From assembly GCA_030390025.1 (NCBI GenBank), contig CM059425.1:175586001-175650000 (forward strand): a DNA stretch of 64,000 nt, in the 5' to 3' direction. The notes beneath the pieces are model-generated. The model worked only from the letters and a program-made list of their open reading frames with translations, did no database searches and had not been told where the DNA came from. Source of the DNA: Squalus acanthias. Lineage: Eukaryota. The translations under genes were made by a program, and so were the position numbers. The first letter of the stretch is position 1. Each line of letters starts with the position of its first letter. Of the stretch, positions 62,480-64,000 are shown one piece after another.

Positions 62480-63975
62480 ACTGACATTGCACGTATTTTA
62501 GAGGCTAGGATAGAGGAGGGATCTGCACATAGTGTGACACTGGGCACAAGTGTGGAGGAACCAGGGCGAGGGGAAAGGTTAGCGTAAGTGCCAGCTCTCC
62601 GGACGGCGAGCTTGCACACTAGTTCTGCTGCAGAGGAGTCAGTTGAGGACTTCGATGGCCCAGTCTACAGAAGAAGGCTGATGGGTGGACACAACCAAAT
62701 GCCGGGTGTACACAACCAAATGCTGGGTGTACACAACCAAATGCTTCTGCACTGGAAAGCCTGCCAGAAAGCCTGCGCACAATGTCAAGGAGCATGGAGG
62801 AGTCTAGCACCAACTTGGCACAGGACTTTGTGCAGAACTTGGAGCCCATCCTTTCCAACATGGAACGGGTGGTCACCTCCAGCAGCACACCTGTGGAACC
62901 CAGCATGATGCGACATCTGATGGCCGATGTCACAGCTTCCATTGCAGCACAAACAACTTCCATTGCGGCAGAAATAGCTTCCATCCAAGGTCTCAGTTCT
63001 GCAGTGGAAGCTCAGACTGCTACCTTGCAAGCTCAGACTGCTGCCATCATGGCTTTGGATATCACTGTTCAAAGCAGCTTCCAGGGCATCACAGCAGACC
63101 ATCAATCTCTTCTCTAACAGATCGCTAGGATTGCTGAGGTACCGCTCCGGGAGAGTGTCAGTGGCTCCATGGAACCGGCTTTCATCTCTCAGGACGACAG
63201 CATTTGTGTTCCCACCCCTGCCACTCCAACAGTGCCCTTGCTGTTGGCTGTCAGCCAGCCTTCCCAGACTGCTGCAGCCCAGGCCGAAATGGTGAAGACT
63301 GAAGCTGGACCTTCTAGGCCCAGAGCTGCTCGAGATTACCCTCCAAGACCATCAGCAGCCTCCTCAATTGGAGGTCAGCAGCCTTCCACCACCCATGCTG
63401 CAGCCACTGGGGAAGCACCTCGTAGGAGCACTAGGAGAGGCAAAGGCAGACGGAAGACAGGCACTAAGAGAATGCAAAAGGGAAATTAGTTTATTTTTGT
63501 ATGGTTATGATTGAATTTATAAATTTGGATTGGAATGTGCATTTTCTGGTGCTTTTTATTTTTGTGTTATTGGAAAGAGGACGATGTGATGGTCATTGAT
63601 AGAGGAAAGGTAAGGAGCATGGGACTATTGGTGAATGGGGAGGTATGGTTGAAGTTACTAGTATTGTCATTAATTATTTCATCATGTAGAGTCCAGGCAG
63701 AAAGGGGCTGTCTATGTTGTAGCCTCCCTTCTTCTTCCTGTTCCTCCACTTCCTGTTGCACTTCCTCCTCCTCCTCTACTTTCTCCTCCTCCTCTTCCTT
63801 GTGCTCCTGCTCCTCAGCTTCTCGCCTGATAGGTGGTGGCAAGGACTGTTCCCTCATAATGGCAACGTTGCGCAGCATGCAGCATACTACCACAAATCTT
63901 GATACTCGCTCAGCTGAGTACTGCAGGGCTCCACCAGAGCAGTCCAGGCAGCGGAAGCGCTGCTTGAGGTCGCAG
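62480..63975. mobile_element. Degenerate PIF/Harbinger: Myb C-terminus (+) convergent with transposase C-terminus (-)
   Basis: ISQDDSI..QTAAAQAEMV..AGPSRPR..QQPST..RRS matches 31919-32641; KQRFRCLDCSGGALQYS..VVCCMLRN matches the transposase. Confidence 0.88.
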
Positions 63976-64000
63976 CAGTGGTAGCACAGTGATTATGTTA

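Overview
Repeat-dense vertebrate genomic DNA. The CR1/HE1-like, DeuSINE, L2, Penelope and Harbinger content suggests a cartilaginous fish, which is an inference. I could not support any host gene. The window holds two related retrovirus-like LTR elements. Element A (1-6616, minus, running off the window) is a decayed gag-pol provirus with dual RNase H, a DSG protease and UGA-CGG readthrough. Element B (30043-43056, plus) is young, with LTRs about 99% identical, and has LTR-PBS(tRNA-Arg)-gag-UGA-ORFX-env-PPT-LTR but NO pol. In place of pol it carries a second diverged copy of the Gag coiled coil plus acidic/repeat sequence, and its Env combines an Ig-like domain with a paramyxo/pneumovirus-F-like fusion protein (lokiretrovirus-like). 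Element B sits inside a CR1-type LINE that appears to have a tRNA-like 5' head. Its 5' LTR is split by a near-intact PIF/Harbinger transposon (transposase plus 3-exon Myb/SANT gene, TTA TSD). Also present: a Neptune-type Penelope element with minimal hammerhead ribozymes, Harbinger MITEs and relics, a MITE with a hairpin array, and a 13 x 40-bp minisatellite. Coordinates of old degenerate repeats are approximate.
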